64,000 bases of DNA, taken from contig OZ242318.1 in assembly GCA_965208105.1 (NCBI GenBank), positions 3,616,001-3,680,000 on the forward strand. The letters are read 5' to 3'. The DNA is from Candidatus Latescibacterota bacterium. GTDB lineage: Bacteria > Latescibacterota > UBA2968 > UBA8231. A program made the position numbers and the translations under genes. The notes below the pieces were generated by a model that saw nothing but the letters and a program-made list of their open reading frames with translations, had not been told where the DNA came from and ran no database searches. Every line of letters starts with the position of its first letter. The first letter of the stretch is position 1. Below, piece after piece: positions 1-10,003 of this stretch.

Positions 1-140
1 TCAGGCATGCAGGCCTTCTGCCGTAGTCCGGGGAAGCGGTGCCGCGAGTGCCTCCAGGCCGGGCGCAGCTTGGCGGAAATTTCAGCGGGAAAGATATGCC
101 GGGCGGGCCCATCTGTCCAGGCGCCGCCGCCCGTTGAAAC

Positions 141-169
141 TTGAGCGCCGCGGGCGGGTTTCATATTAT
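141..169 (+). promoter_or_regulatory. sigma70-type promoter of the liv-like operon
   Basis: TTGAGC (141-146), 17-bp spacer, TATTAT (164-169), upstream of ATG 344. Confidence 0.55.
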
Positions 170-343
170 CTTGCGCTGTGCTCCGGAAACTCCACGGGGC
201 CCGGCGCGGAAGCAGTGGCGCTACGGGCGGGGTTGGAAACCGGCTGTATCGCAGAGGATAGGGCCGGTTTCGTCCGTTATGCCCCGCAGCTGTTCCCGCC
301 CCGGTCAGGTCTCCGCGAATTGCAGGAGCAGGGGAAAGCGGAT

Positions 344-1513
344 ATGGAGAGAGTGACGGTAATTGTCCTCGCCGCCATTGCGTTGGGGGCGGGCGGCATC
401 GCAGGTGGAGCGGAGGAGCCGGTCAAGCTGGGGGCCCTGTATCCTCTCACCGGCACCGGAGCCGTCTACGGCTCGCCGGCCCTGCTTGGTCACGAGATGG
501 CGGTGGACGAGATCAACGCCGCCGGCGGCATCAACGGGCGCAGGGTGGTGGCGGTGGCGCGGGACACCAGGCTGAAGCCCGCGGCGGCGGCGGCCGCGGC
601 CAGGGAACTGATCACCAGGGAAGGGGTGGACGTTCTCCTCGGCGGCCTCAGCTCGGCGGTGGGCCTGGCCGTCTCCGAAGTGGCGCGCCAGGAAAAGGTG
701 ATATACATCGCCACCATACCGAAGACGACCCAGCTGACCACCACCAGGCTGCACAAGTACGTCTTCAGGACCGCGGCCAACACGGACGGCGAGGGCCGGG
801 GCATAGCCCGGGTTCTGGGCCAGATAGGGGCCAGGAAGGTCTGCCAGATTCAGTTCGACTACGCCTATGGCCACGACCTGGCCGCCGGTATCGCCAGGGC
901 GCTGCCCCAGGAGGCGCCGGAGGCCGAGATCGTCCTGGACCTCAAGGTCAAGCTGGGCGCCGCCGACTTCAATCCCTACATCGCGCGGATCATGGCCGCC
1001 GAATGCGAGACCGTGGCCAGCGGCCTGTGGGGAGCGGCCTTCATCAGCCTGGCGCGCCAGGGGAAGCCGTTCGGCCTGTTCGACCGGGTCAGGTACGTAT
1101 CGGGCGGGGAGATCGCCTCGCACGAGATCGCCGGACAGTTGAAGGGGGATTTCCCCGACAATGTTTGGAGCAACGCCTACGAGCTGTGGTACCATGCCCA
1201 CTCGCCGCTGCACGGACCCTTCCAGAAGGAGCTGGCGAGGCGCCAGGGCGCCAGGGAGACCTCCAGCTGGCCGCTGCTGGCCTACGTCGGCGTGAAGTTC
1301 GTCGAGGCCGCCGCGGCGAAGGCGGGGTCCATGGAAGCCGACGCGCTGGTCGCCGCCCTCGAAGGGCTCAGCATTGAGACACCCGTGGGCCTGCGCACCA
1401 TGGACGCGGAAACCCATGAGACCGACACGGGCCAGTTCTGGGGGCCGATGATCAAATCGGAAGAGTACGCCTTCAGGATCATGGATCCCGTCACCTACAT
1501 CGCCCCAGACTGA
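344..1513 (+). CDS. Branched-chain amino acid-type ABC transporter substrate-binding protein (LivJ/K family)
   Basis: Signal peptide MERVTVIVLAAIALGAGG; motifs KLGALYPLTG, EINAAGGING, DYAYG; start moved to ATG 344. Confidence 0.9.
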   Translation: MERVTVIVLAAIALGAGGIAGGAEEPVKLGALYPLTGTGAVYGSPALLGHEMAVDEINAAGGINGRRVVAVARDTRLKPAAAAAAARELITREGVDVLLGGLSSAVGLAVSEVARQEKVIYIATIPKTTQLTTTRLHKYVFRTAANTDGEGRGIARVLGQIGARKVCQIQFDYAYGHDLAAGIARALPQEAPEAEIVLDLKVKLGAADFNPYIARIMAAECETVASGLWGAAFISLARQGKPFGLFDRVRYVSGGEIASHEIAGQLKGDFPDNVWSNAYELWYHAHSPLHGPFQKELARRQGARETSSWPLLAYVGVKFVEAAAAKAGSMEADALVAALEGLSIETPVGLRTMDAETHETDTGQFWGPMIKSEEYAFRIMDPVTYIAPD

Positions 1514-1514
1514 T

Positions 1515-1672
1515 GTCCCGCCGCAGAGATATGTCGCCATTCTTCCGCCCGTCCATCCCGGCTCGCGGCGTTGCCTTCACTCGCCGTACACCACCGCTAC
1601 GACCCGCTCAGGCGACTGGTGGGCCGGGCGCCTCGGCGGCCCGATCTGGTCACCCTGTCTCTGCTACGGGAC
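1515..1672. mobile_element. MITE-like element filling the SBP-livH gap
   Basis: Terminal inverted repeat gtcccgccgcagaga (1515-1529) / tctctgctacgggac (1658-1672), 13/15 match; CTAG at 1674-1677. Confidence 0.5.
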
Positions 1673-1677
1673 GCTAG

Positions 1678-2568
1678 ATGCTCGGCCAGCCCACCTTCGT
1701 TCTCATCCAGGTGCTGAACTCCATCTCCCTGGGTATGAATCTCTTCATCATCGCCGCCGGCCTGACCCTGATCTTCGGGGTGCTGCGGGTGATCAACTTC
1801 GCCCACGGCGCATTCTACATGATCGGCGCATACGCGTGCTATGCGGCGCTGGCGGCTACGGGCAGCTTCTGGGCGGGTGTCCTGGGGGCGGCCCTTGCCC
1901 TGGGGGCGCTGGCCTTCCTGGTGGAGCGCTTCCTGCTCAGGCATCTCTACGGCCGCGAGCACCTGATGCAGCTTCTCTTCACCTTCGCCCTTGTGCTGAT
2001 TCTCGGCGACGCTGCCAAGCTGGTCTGGGGCACGGGCCAGTACAGCGTCCCCTACCCGGCCGGCCTCGACGGCGCCGCCGAGCTAGGTCCGGCTCACTTC
2101 CCCCAGTACCTCCTCTTCCTCTGCTTCCTGGGTCCGCTGGTGGCCGCCTCCATGTGGCTGGTCCTGGAAAAGACGCGCTGGGGGCGATTGGTGCGGGCGG
2201 CGACCCAGGACCGGGAGATGCTGGCTGCTCTGGGAGTGAACGTGCCCCTGGTCTACACCTGCGTATTCGTCGCCGGCTCTGTTCTGGCCGGTGTTGGGGG
2301 CGCCCTTGCCGCGCCGCGCACGGCCCTGACCCCGGGGATGGATGCCACCATCATCGTCGAGTGTTTCATCGTGGTCATCATCGGCGGCCTGGGAAGTCTG
2401 TGGGGCAGTTTTCTCGGGGCCCTGACCCTGGGATTCGTCACCGTATTCGGCGCGGTGCTGGCGCCGGAGGTTGAGATCGTCCTGCCCTACCTGCTCATGC
2501 TGGCGCTGCTGCTGTGGCGCCCCCGGGGCCTGCTCGGCCGCACCGCAGCGGAGGAGCGCGGCAGATGA
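1678..2568 (+). CDS. livH: Branched-chain amino acid ABC permease (LivH-like)
   Basis: GLTLIFGVLRVINFAHG and IIGGLGS motifs; hydrophobic. Confidence 0.9.
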   Translation: MLGQPTFVLIQVLNSISLGMNLFIIAAGLTLIFGVLRVINFAHGAFYMIGAYACYAALAATGSFWAGVLGAALALGALAFLVERFLLRHLYGREHLMQLLFTFALVLILGDAAKLVWGTGQYSVPYPAGLDGAAELGPAHFPQYLLFLCFLGPLVAASMWLVLEKTRWGRLVRAATQDREMLAALGVNVPLVYTCVFVAGSVLAGVGGALAAPRTALTPGMDATIIVECFIVVIIGGLGSLWGSFLGALTLGFVTVFGAVLAPEVEIVLPYLLMLALLLWRPRGLLGRTAAEERGR

Positions 2569-3512
2569 AGATCCTCCGTGGACCCTGTCTGCTCGCCTTG
2601 CTCCCCGCCCTGGCGGCGCTGGTTCCGCTTTCGGGTTCGCGCTACCTGATCGACCTGTCCACCGAGGTCCTGATCTACGCCCTGTTCGCCCTCAGCCTCA
2701 ACCTGCTGATCGGCTACGCCGGCAACGTTTCCTTCGGCCACGCCGCCTATTTCGCCATCGGTGGCTACTCGTGCGCCATTCTCGTGACGACCTGCGAATG
2801 GCCCCTGGCCTGCGGCTTCCTGGCGGCGGTGGCGCTCAGCGGGGCCGCCGCTCTCGGCATCGGCTTCTTCTGCGTGCGCCTGAGCGACATCTACTTCGCC
2901 ATGCTGACTCTTGCCTTCGCCATGCTCGTGTGGTCGGTGGCCTTCAAGTGGCGGGCGCTCACCGGCGGCGACGACGGCTTCGTCGGAGTCCGGCTGCCCG
3001 CCATGCTGGAAAGCCGGGTGGTTTTTTTCTACTTCGCCCTCGCCGTGGTCTCCGTCTCGACGGCGCTCTTGTGGGTCGTCTGCCATTCGGCCTTCGGCCG
3101 CACCCTGGTGGCGGTGCGCGAGAACCCCGTCCGCGCCGCCTTCGTCGGGGTGGACACCCGGCGGATGCGCCTGGCGGCCTTCGTCATCGCGGGGACCTTC
3201 GCCGGCGCCGCCGGCGCTCTCTTCGCCCTCTACAACAGGGGTATCTACACCGAATCGGCCTTCTGGACCGAGTCCGCCCAGGTCCTGATCATGGTCCTCC
3301 TGGGCGGCATCCACTCCTTCTTCGGACCCGCCCTCGGGGCGCTCGTCCTCTACCTGCTGGAGGTCACCATCAACCAGTATACCCAGTACTGGCCGGCGGT
3401 CCTGGGGGGCATCCTGCTGGCCATCGTGATGTTCTTCCCCGAGGGCCTGGCGGGCCTGGCGCGGCGGTCGTGGCGGCGGCGGGCGCCGATGGTGCCGGGA
3501 GGGAGGGCGTGA
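2565..3512 (+). CDS. livM: Branched-chain amino acid ABC permease (LivM-like)
   Basis: LNLLIGYAGNVSFGHAAYF, YFAMLTLAF, TGGDDG motifs; ATGA overlap with livH. Confidence 0.9.
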   Translation: MKILRGPCLLALLPALAALVPLSGSRYLIDLSTEVLIYALFALSLNLLIGYAGNVSFGHAAYFAIGGYSCAILVTTCEWPLACGFLAAVALSGAAALGIGFFCVRLSDIYFAMLTLAFAMLVWSVAFKWRALTGGDDGFVGVRLPAMLESRVVFFYFALAVVSVSTALLWVVCHSAFGRTLVAVRENPVRAAFVGVDTRRMRLAAFVIAGTFAGAAGALFALYNRGIYTESAFWTESAQVLIMVLLGGIHSFFGPALGALVLYLLEVTINQYTQYWPAVLGGILLAIVMFFPEGLAGLARRSWRRRAPMVPGGRA

Positions 3513-3659
3513 TCACGGGAGTGGACCGGGGCGCTCCCCGGGTGCCGCGGCCACGGGGTCAACTTTCCAGGCCGGATCGGGGCAATGGCCGCGGCCGGTC
3601 GCGGCCAGGGCGGACCGGGGAACACATGGCGGGAACCTGGTGAGGCGGAGCGCCGGGAC

Positions 3660-4403
3660 ATGCTTCAGGTCGAGCGCATTTCCAAGAGCTTCGACGGTCT
3701 GAGGGCCGTCCGCGAGGTGGACTTCACCCTGGAGGAAGGGGAGATCCACGCCATTATCGGGCCGAACGGGGCCGGGAAGACCACTTTCTTCGACCTCATC
3801 ACCGGCCATTTGACTCCCGACGGCGGCACCGTGGTTTTCGCCGGGGAGCCGATCAGCCATCTTGCTCCGCACCGGATCGCCAGGAGGGGAATCGCGCGCT
3901 CCTTTCAGCGGGTCAATGTGTTTCCGCGCATGACCGTGCGCGAAAACGTCCAGGTGGCCCTGATAGCGCGCGCCGGCCGGCATTTCAACATGGTGGCCGC
4001 GGGCCATCGCCTGCACCTGGAGGAAGCGGCCGAACTGCTCGGGCTGGTGGGACTGGAAGAAGAGGGATCGAAAGCGGCGGGCATGCTGGCATACGGAGGC
4101 CAGAAGCAACTCGAGCTCGCCATCGCCCTGGCATCCGGCCCCAGGCTTCTCATGCTCGACGAGCCCACCGCGGGGATGTCGCCGCGGGAGACCTCCGAGA
4201 CCATCGCCCTGGTGGAGCGCATCGTCTCCGACCGCGCCCTCGCCCTCCTGTTCACCGAACACGACATGGACGTGGTCTTCGGCATCGCCAGGCGGATTTC
4301 GGTCTTCCACCAGGGCGAGGTCGTCTCCAGCGGCACGGCTGCCGAGGTGCGCCGGGACCCCCTGGTCAAACGGATCTACCTGGGGGGGAACGACGGTGCT
4401 TGA
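3660..4403 (+). CDS. livG: ABC ATP-binding protein (LivG-like)
   Basis: Walker A GPNGAGKT, LAYGGQKQLE, LDEPTAG, EHDM. Confidence 0.9.
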   Translation: MLQVERISKSFDGLRAVREVDFTLEEGEIHAIIGPNGAGKTTFFDLITGHLTPDGGTVVFAGEPISHLAPHRIARRGIARSFQRVNVFPRMTVRENVQVALIARAGRHFNMVAAGHRLHLEEAAELLGLVGLEEEGSKAAGMLAYGGQKQLELAIALASGPRLLMLDEPTAGMSPRETSETIALVERIVSDRALALLFTEHDMDVVFGIARRISVFHQGEVVSSGTAAEVRRDPLVKRIYLGGNDGA

Positions 4404-5094
4404 GGTCCTGGACATTCACACCAGCTACGGGTTGAGCCAGGTCCTGTTCGGGGTTTCTCTCCAGGCCGGCCCCGGCGAGGTGGTGGCCCTGGTGGGGCGC
4501 AACGGGGTGGGCAAGACAACGACCCTGCGCAGTATCGCCGGGCTGCAGCCGCCGCGCCGCGGCCAGGTGAACTGGAGGGGACGGGACCTCGCGGGCCTGC
4601 CTGCCCATCGCATTGCCCGGCTGGGGATCGCCTACGTCCCCGAGGAGCGCCGCATCTTCGCGGACCTGACGGTCTGGGAGAACCTGGACATTGCCCGCCG
4701 GCCCGCTGCCGCAGGGGCCGCCTGGAGCGAGAGGCAGGTCTACGAGCTGTTCCCCGAGCTGGAGGAGATGGCGGACAGGCCGGGGGGCGTGCTCAGCGGC
4801 GGACAGCAGCAGATGCTGGCCATCGCGCGGGGCCTGATGGGCAATCCCGGGCTGCTGCTGCTCGACGAGCCTTCCGAGGGCCTGGCTCCGCGCGTGGTGG
4901 CGGCGCTGGCAGAACAGGTGGCCCGGTTGAAGGAGATGGGTCTGGCCATCCTCGTGGCCGAGCAGAATCTCCCCTTCGTCCTTGGTCTGAGCGACAGGGT
5001 GCACGTTCTCGAAAAGGGCGAGATAAGATTCTCCGGCACGCCGGAACAGTTGCGCAGGAATGATGACGTGCTGCTGAGGTACCTGGCGGTCTGA
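4396..5094 (+). CDS. livF: ABC ATP-binding protein (LivF-like)
   Basis: GRNGVGKT, LSGGQQQMLA, LDEPSEGLAP, EQN. Confidence 0.9.
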   Translation: MLEVLDIHTSYGLSQVLFGVSLQAGPGEVVALVGRNGVGKTTTLRSIAGLQPPRRGQVNWRGRDLAGLPAHRIARLGIAYVPEERRIFADLTVWENLDIARRPAAAGAAWSERQVYELFPELEEMADRPGGVLSGGQQQMLAIARGLMGNPGLLLLDEPSEGLAPRVVAALAEQVARLKEMGLAILVAEQNLPFVLGLSDRVHVLEKGEIRFSGTPEQLRRNDDVLLRYLAV

Positions 5095-5280
5095 GGGCCC
5101 TGTGTTGCTGAAGCATGCGCGCCCCGCCGGCTGCGAGCTGGTTCGGTCGAGGCCGGGAGATAGCCTGCGGGCCGCCCCGGCGGGCAGGTGGTGTCCCGGC
5201 CCACGTCGGCAGGGAGTCTGCGGTCCGCCCCGGCGATGCTGAGGTGCCCCGCTCAAGCCGGCAGGGTTTCCGCGGGCAGT

Positions 5281-5865
5281 CTATCGCGGCATCTCGCGGC
5301 CGGCCAAGCGCAGGAGCTGTGCGGCGAAGCGGTAGGTGATCCCCCACAGCACGGGTCTTCCGGGCCCCAGGAGATCGACGGCGGGATGCAGCCGGGAAGT
5401 GCCTCCCTGGTGAAACCGGTAGTGCACGTGGCGCTCCGGGTCGGTCAGATGGTCGATGGGGACCCAGAAGGCCTCTTCGATTTCGCGGTTGAGCTCGAAG
5501 GGACCGGGATTCTCCATGGAGTATACGAACCCCGAGACCAGGACCGGGAGAATGGTGCCCGCCAGGTCGTCGAGGCGTCCGAGGTACTCCTCCAAACCCA
5601 GGTCGATTCCGATTTCTTCGCGGGTTTCACGCTCCGCCGCCGAGCGGGCGCAGCGGTCGGAGGGGTCGATATTTCCCCCCGGGAAGGCGATGTGCCCGGA
5701 CCAGGGATCTCCCTCGCGCTCGGCGCGCTCTACGAAGAGCAGGCCGAGTCCCGCGGGGCCTTGGTTGAGGATGAGAGCGACCGCGGCGCGGCGGCGCTGC
5801 TCTGCGGCCAGAAGCCTCGGGGTGCGGCCGGCCAGCAAGCGGCGGATGCCGGCGATGGAGGTCAT
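5281..5865 (-). CDS. NUDIX hydrolase, CoA pyrophosphatase-like
   Basis: WSGHIAFPGG...AERETREEIG Nudix box; C-terminal LWGIT; start MTSIAG. Confidence 0.85.
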   Translation of the reverse strand: MTSIAGIRRLLAGRTPRLLAAEQRRRAAVALILNQGPAGLGLLFVERAEREGDPWSGHIAFPGGNIDPSDRCARSAAERETREEIGIDLGLEEYLGRLDDLAGTILPVLVSGFVYSMENPGPFELNREIEEAFWVPIDHLTDPERHVHYRFHQGGTSRLHPAVDLLGPGRPVLWGITYRFAAQLLRLAGREMPR

Positions 5866-5975
5866 CCGGAGCGCGCGGTGCTGCGGGCGGGAGAGAGGAA
5901 CCGGGCGCGGGTGCCGCCCGCATGGACGGGAGGGCGGCCGCCGGGTTCCTGCACGGGAGGCTCCGGGCCCACGGG

Positions 5976-6746
5976 CTATCCCCCCCTGAAGAGCCTCAGG
6001 CCGCCGTCCACTCTGAGGACCGCCCCGGTGACGTAGTCCGCCGCGTCCGAGCAGAGAAAGGCGGCGGCGCGCCCGATGTCCTCGATGCTGCCCAGGCGGC
6101 CCCAGGGCAGCCCGCTGCTCTGCTCCTGGATCTGCTCTTCGCTGGCGTACTTGCGTTCGCCGGGAGTGTCTATCCAGCCAGGCTCGATGACGTTGGACCG
6201 GATGCGGTGTTCGGCCAACTCCACCGCGATGGTGGCGGACATGTGGTTCATCCCGGCCTTGGCGGCGTTGTAGGCCAGGGAGGTGGCCACGGGCATGGTG
6301 GCGTGGATGGAGCTGATGAAGAGGATGCTGCCGCCCCGGCCGCGCTCGACCATGCGGCGGGCGCTTGCCTGGGCAGCGTGAAACGCCCCCCACAGGGTGA
6401 CGTCGAGAGTGCGCTGCATGCCCTCCACCGACATCTCCAGAAAAGGTTCCCGCTGGCTGAAGGCGGCGTTGCAGACGACGGTGTCGATGCCTCCGAAGTG
6501 CTGCACCGCGGCCCCCACCATGTCCTCGACCGAGGCCCTGTCGGACACGTCGGCTTTGAGCACCAGGGCCCGCCGCCCCAGGGCGCGGATCTCCCCGGCG
6601 ACCTCCTCCGCCTCCTGCGGGTGGCTACGGTAGTTTACCGCGATGTCCGCACCGGCGCGCGCCATTTCCATCGCGCAGCCGCGGCCGATGCCGAGCGAGG
6701 ATCCGGTCACGAGTGCCGTCTTTCCGGCGAGATCAGCAGAGGCCAA
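5976..6746 (-). CDS. Short-chain dehydrogenase/reductase
   Basis: TGSSLGIG, YNAAK, EPGWIDT, VDGG. Confidence 0.9.
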   Translation of the reverse strand: MASADLAGKTALVTGSSLGIGRGCAMEMARAGADIAVNYRSHPQEAEEVAGEIRALGRRALVLKADVSDRASVEDMVGAAVQHFGGIDTVVCNAAFSQREPFLEMSVEGMQRTLDVTLWGAFHAAQASARRMVERGRGGSILFISSIHATMPVATSLAYNAAKAGMNHMSATIAVELAEHRIRSNVIEPGWIDTPGERKYASEEQIQEQSSGLPWGRLGSIEDIGRAAAFLCSDAADYVTGAVLRVDGGLRLFRGG

Positions 6747-6841
6747 GATGGGACCGCCTTTCTTTCTCCATTCGGTTTTTCCTCCCGGGCCTCCGGCGCA
6801 TGGCCCAGCGGGCAGCTGACTTCACGGTTGCCGGGCTTGAG

Positions 6842-7912
6842 TCATTCAGCCGAAAACGAGAAGACCACGGTGTGCTCGTAGGTAGCGCCCGGCCGCAGGA
6901 TGATCGAGGGCCAGCCCGGCAGACCCTCCTTGTTGATGGCGTCGGGGAAGTCCTGGGTCTCCAGGCAGAATCCCGCGTGCCTGCCGTAGGCCGCGCCGCC
7001 CTTGCCGACGACCGAGCCGTCCAGGTAGTTGCCGGTGTAGAACTGGACCCCAGGGCTGGTCGTGCTGACCTCCAGGACGCGGCCCGATTCGGGGTCCCTC
7101 GCCCACGCCGCCGGTCTCAGCTCGCCCGCCTCGCCGTCAAGCACCAGGTTGATATCGTAGCCTCCGGCGCCCTCCGATCCTCCGCCCAGGCGTCCGATAT
7201 CGGCGCCTATGGCCTTGGTCCGGGTGAAGTCGAACGGAGTGCCGGCCACGGCGGCGATTTCGCCCGTGGGCAGGGAGTCCGCGTCGGTAGGGGTGTAGTT
7301 CCGGGCGTTGAGGTTCAGCTCGTGATCGAGAATGTCCCCGGCGTCGTGTCCGGCCAGGTTCCAGTAGGCGTGATGGGCGAGATTGACGATGGTGGGCGCG
7401 TCGGTGACGGCCTCCATTTCCACTTTGAGGGCATTGCCGGCGGCCAGGGTGTAGGTCACCGAGGCGGTCAGGTTTCCGGGATAGCCTTCTTCCCCATCGG
7501 CGCTGGCATAGGTCATGGTCAGGGAAGCAGCGTCGCCGCCGCGGGTCTCGTCGACCACGTCCCAGAGCTTCTTGTTGAATCCCTCCACTCCACCGTGCAC
7601 GTGGTTGGGAGCCATATTGGTGGCCAGGGCGTATTCCCTGCCGTCGAGGACGAAACGGGCCCTGCCGATCCTGTTGGCGACGCGGCCGACGATGCAGCCG
7701 ATGTAGGGAGGGTTGCTCGTGTAGCCCTCGAGGCGGTCGAAGCCAAGGGTGACGTCGGCGGACCGTCCAAGGCGGTCAGGCACCTGCACCTGGGTGAGGA
7801 TTGCGCCGAAGTTGGTAATTCCGATTTCCATGCCGTCCGGGGTGCTCATCCTGTAGTGGACAGCGGTTCTTCCCGATGCATGCCCCCACTCGGTCTTTTC
7901 CATGGTGATCAT
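6842..7912 (-). CDS. galM: Aldose 1-epimerase (galactose mutarotase)
   Basis: GRVANRI, HVHGG, EEGYPG, HAYWNL, FCLETQ. Confidence 0.92.
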   Translation of the reverse strand: MITMEKTEWGHASGRTAVHYRMSTPDGMEIGITNFGAILTQVQVPDRLGRSADVTLGFDRLEGYTSNPPYIGCIVGRVANRIGRARFVLDGREYALATNMAPNHVHGGVEGFNKKLWDVVDETRGGDAASLTMTYASADGEEGYPGNLTASVTYTLAAGNALKVEMEAVTDAPTIVNLAHHAYWNLAGHDAGDILDHELNLNARNYTPTDADSLPTGEIAAVAGTPFDFTRTKAIGADIGRLGGGSEGAGGYDINLVLDGEAGELRPAAWARDPESGRVLEVSTTSPGVQFYTGNYLDGSVVGKGGAAYGRHAGFCLETQDFPDAINKEGLPGWPSIILRPGATYEHTVVFSFSAE

Positions 7913-8607
7913 CGTCTGTCTCCCCTCTTCTCCGCAAGTGCCTGGGCAGGTGATTCGATCCGCCCGATCAATTCCTTCAGGGGCAGTTCTTCCAGGGAGG
8001 TCAATTTCATATCGGCCGCCTCGATATCCAGCTGCCCCGTCAACTCGTTGGGCACGGCCACGCAGAAAATGCCCGCCCGCCTGGCCGCCAGGGCTCCGTT
8101 GGGTGAGTCTTCCAGGGCGACGGCTTCACCGGGAGCCACCCCCAGGTCCTCGAGGGCCCGCCGGTACAGGGCAGGGTGCGGCTTCGTCATCTCGACATCG
8201 TCCCGGGTCCTGATGACCTCGAAATAGTGCCGCAACCCCAGGCGCGAAAGCTGGGGTTCGACCCAGTCGAGGCGGGAGCTGGAGGCCAACCCGATTCCCA
8301 GGCCGAGCCCTTGCGCTGCATCGAGGTAGTCCCTTACGCCCGGAAGGGCTTCCCGCCGCTCGACCAACTGCATTTTGCGCTCGTGATGCCTCTCCAGAAT
8401 GCGCCCTCGACTGACGGACCTGCCCAGTTGGTCCTCGAGATATTCATGGGGGTCGAAGCCACTGAATGAAGTGCCGATGCACACCGACCAGACGGGCACG
8501 GGCAGGTCGCATCCGTAGCCCTGAAATATCTCCTGCCACGACTGGTACTCGGGTAATTCCGTGTCGATGATGAGCCCGTCGAAATCGAAGATTACCGCCT
8601 TTATCAT
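7909..8607 (-). CDS. HAD-family hydrolase/phosphatase
   Basis: MIKAVIFDFDGLIIDTE, KPHP, EDSPNG. Confidence 0.9.
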   Translation of the reverse strand: MIKAVIFDFDGLIIDTELPEYQSWQEIFQGYGCDLPVPVWSVCIGTSFSGFDPHEYLEDQLGRSVSRGRILERHHERKMQLVERREALPGVRDYLDAAQGLGLGIGLASSSRLDWVEPQLSRLGLRHYFEVIRTRDDVEMTKPHPALYRRALEDLGVAPGEAVALEDSPNGALAARRAGIFCVAVPNELTGQLDIEAADMKLTSLEELPLKELIGRIESPAQALAEKRGDRR

Positions 8608-8878
8608 TGCAGTTCGGAAGGGTCCGCCGGAAGATGCCGTGGCTGAAAAGTGGTCGAGGTGCGCGAGGTTCAAGGATACCCAGGGGACCGGACCCGGTCA
8701 AGGAAAGAGAGATGCCGCTGACTGCTCGGAAAAGGCTTCGCCCGTAGACGGCTCCGAATGCATGAACACTCGCAATGGAAACCGAATGTTCATGGTAAAA
8801 GGGTCCCGTGGTCTCTCCTCCAGTCCCGGGGCCTCGGAAAGGGTGCGCAAAAGTGTAATTCTACCTATCTTTGGCAGC

Positions 8879-9187
8879 ATGGATTCCGGTCCGGGAAGCG
8901 AAAATCCCCCCTCTGCCGCGCCGCGCCAGCGCCTGCTCTATCTCCACGGACGCACGCCGAACGTGTTCTCCGACGTGATCGCCATGACCCTCATCGAGCC
9001 GGTGCGGGGATACGCGTCCGAGATCAGCGCCGGGGAGCAGGACTGGCCATACTCCACCGTTCACGACGCGGTGGTCGACGGCTGGCAGATCGTGCAGTTC
9101 CCGCATCAGCAGGCACCAATCAACGACCGCGACCTCGACGTGGTCGGCTATGAATTCATTCTGCAGAAAATGGAGGTAATACCATGA
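8879..9187 (+). CDS. Hypothetical ~102-aa protein coupled to the PhyH-family dioxygenase
   Basis: Typical codon usage from ATG 8879; ATGA overlap with the next gene. Confidence 0.7.
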   Translation: MDSGPGSENPPSAAPRQRLLYLHGRTPNVFSDVIAMTLIEPVRGYASEISAGEQDWPYSTVHDAVVDGWQIVQFPHQQAPINDRDLDVVGYEFILQKMEVIP

Positions 9188-9969
9188 CCGCCGCCAACCA
9201 CCTGCTCTCCGACGCCGACGTCGCCCGCTTCATCGTCAACGGCTACCACCTTGTGAAGCTGGATTTCGCGGATGGCCTCAACGAGCGCATCGGCGCAAGG
9301 CTGGACGAGCTCACCGAGAACCCCGGGGACGCCGTCACCGAGACCGTTCCCGAGTTGTGGCAGGTGTTGGAGCATCCCGCCCTCGAGGGCGCCCTGGTCA
9401 GCCTGCTCGGATCCGGCTACACCCTGAACTCGCACCGCCACTGGCACTGCAAGAAGCCCGGCACCGCCTACATGCACTGGCACCAGGACGGCGCCAACCG
9501 CCGCGATGTCCGCATAGACAGCTTTCTGGGCCTCTACTATCCCCGCAGGGTCACCTCCGACATGGGCCCCACCGTCATCGTTCCGGGCACCCAGTTCCGC
9601 AACGCGCCCACCGATCGCATGGCCACCTACTTCAACATCCGCGGGCAGCTCGCCATGGTGGTGGAGGCCGGCACCATGGCCCTCGTCCACTCGGCTATCT
9701 GGCACGGCACCGCGCCCAACACCTCCAGGGCCAAGCGCCACATGGTCAAGTTCGGCTTCCGGCGCAGCCGCGAAAATACCGAGCCGACCTGGAACCACGA
9801 TCCCACTGCGCTGGACCATGCCCTCGACTGGGACCACCGCGGCGAGGCGGAGGACGTCGAGAACATTCTCACCTTTTCCAACCCGCTCAACGTCGCCCAG
9901 AGCGACCACTACAAGGAGCGCGCCATCCGCCAGCGGTGCTGGGACCGGCTGATGGGAGCGGCGGCATAG
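9184..9969 (+). CDS. Phytanoyl-CoA dioxygenase (PhyH) family Fe(II)/2-oxoglutarate oxygenase
   Basis: HWHQD (HxD), GPTVIVPGT, IWHG facial-triad pattern. Confidence 0.85.
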   Translation: MTAANHLLSDADVARFIVNGYHLVKLDFADGLNERIGARLDELTENPGDAVTETVPELWQVLEHPALEGALVSLLGSGYTLNSHRHWHCKKPGTAYMHWHQDGANRRDVRIDSFLGLYYPRRVTSDMGPTVIVPGTQFRNAPTDRMATYFNIRGQLAMVVEAGTMALVHSAIWHGTAPNTSRAKRHMVKFGFRRSRENTEPTWNHDPTALDHALDWDHRGEAEDVENILTFSNPLNVAQSDHYKERAIRQRCWDRLMGAAA

Positions 9970-10003
9970 CGCCTGCCCCCAATCCCGGGTGGATTCACCG
10001 GCA

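Noticed and set aside
5866-6393. NUDIX N-terminal extension overlapping the SDR gene
   Set aside because: Off-frame read of the SDR gene; the plausible start is ATG 5865.
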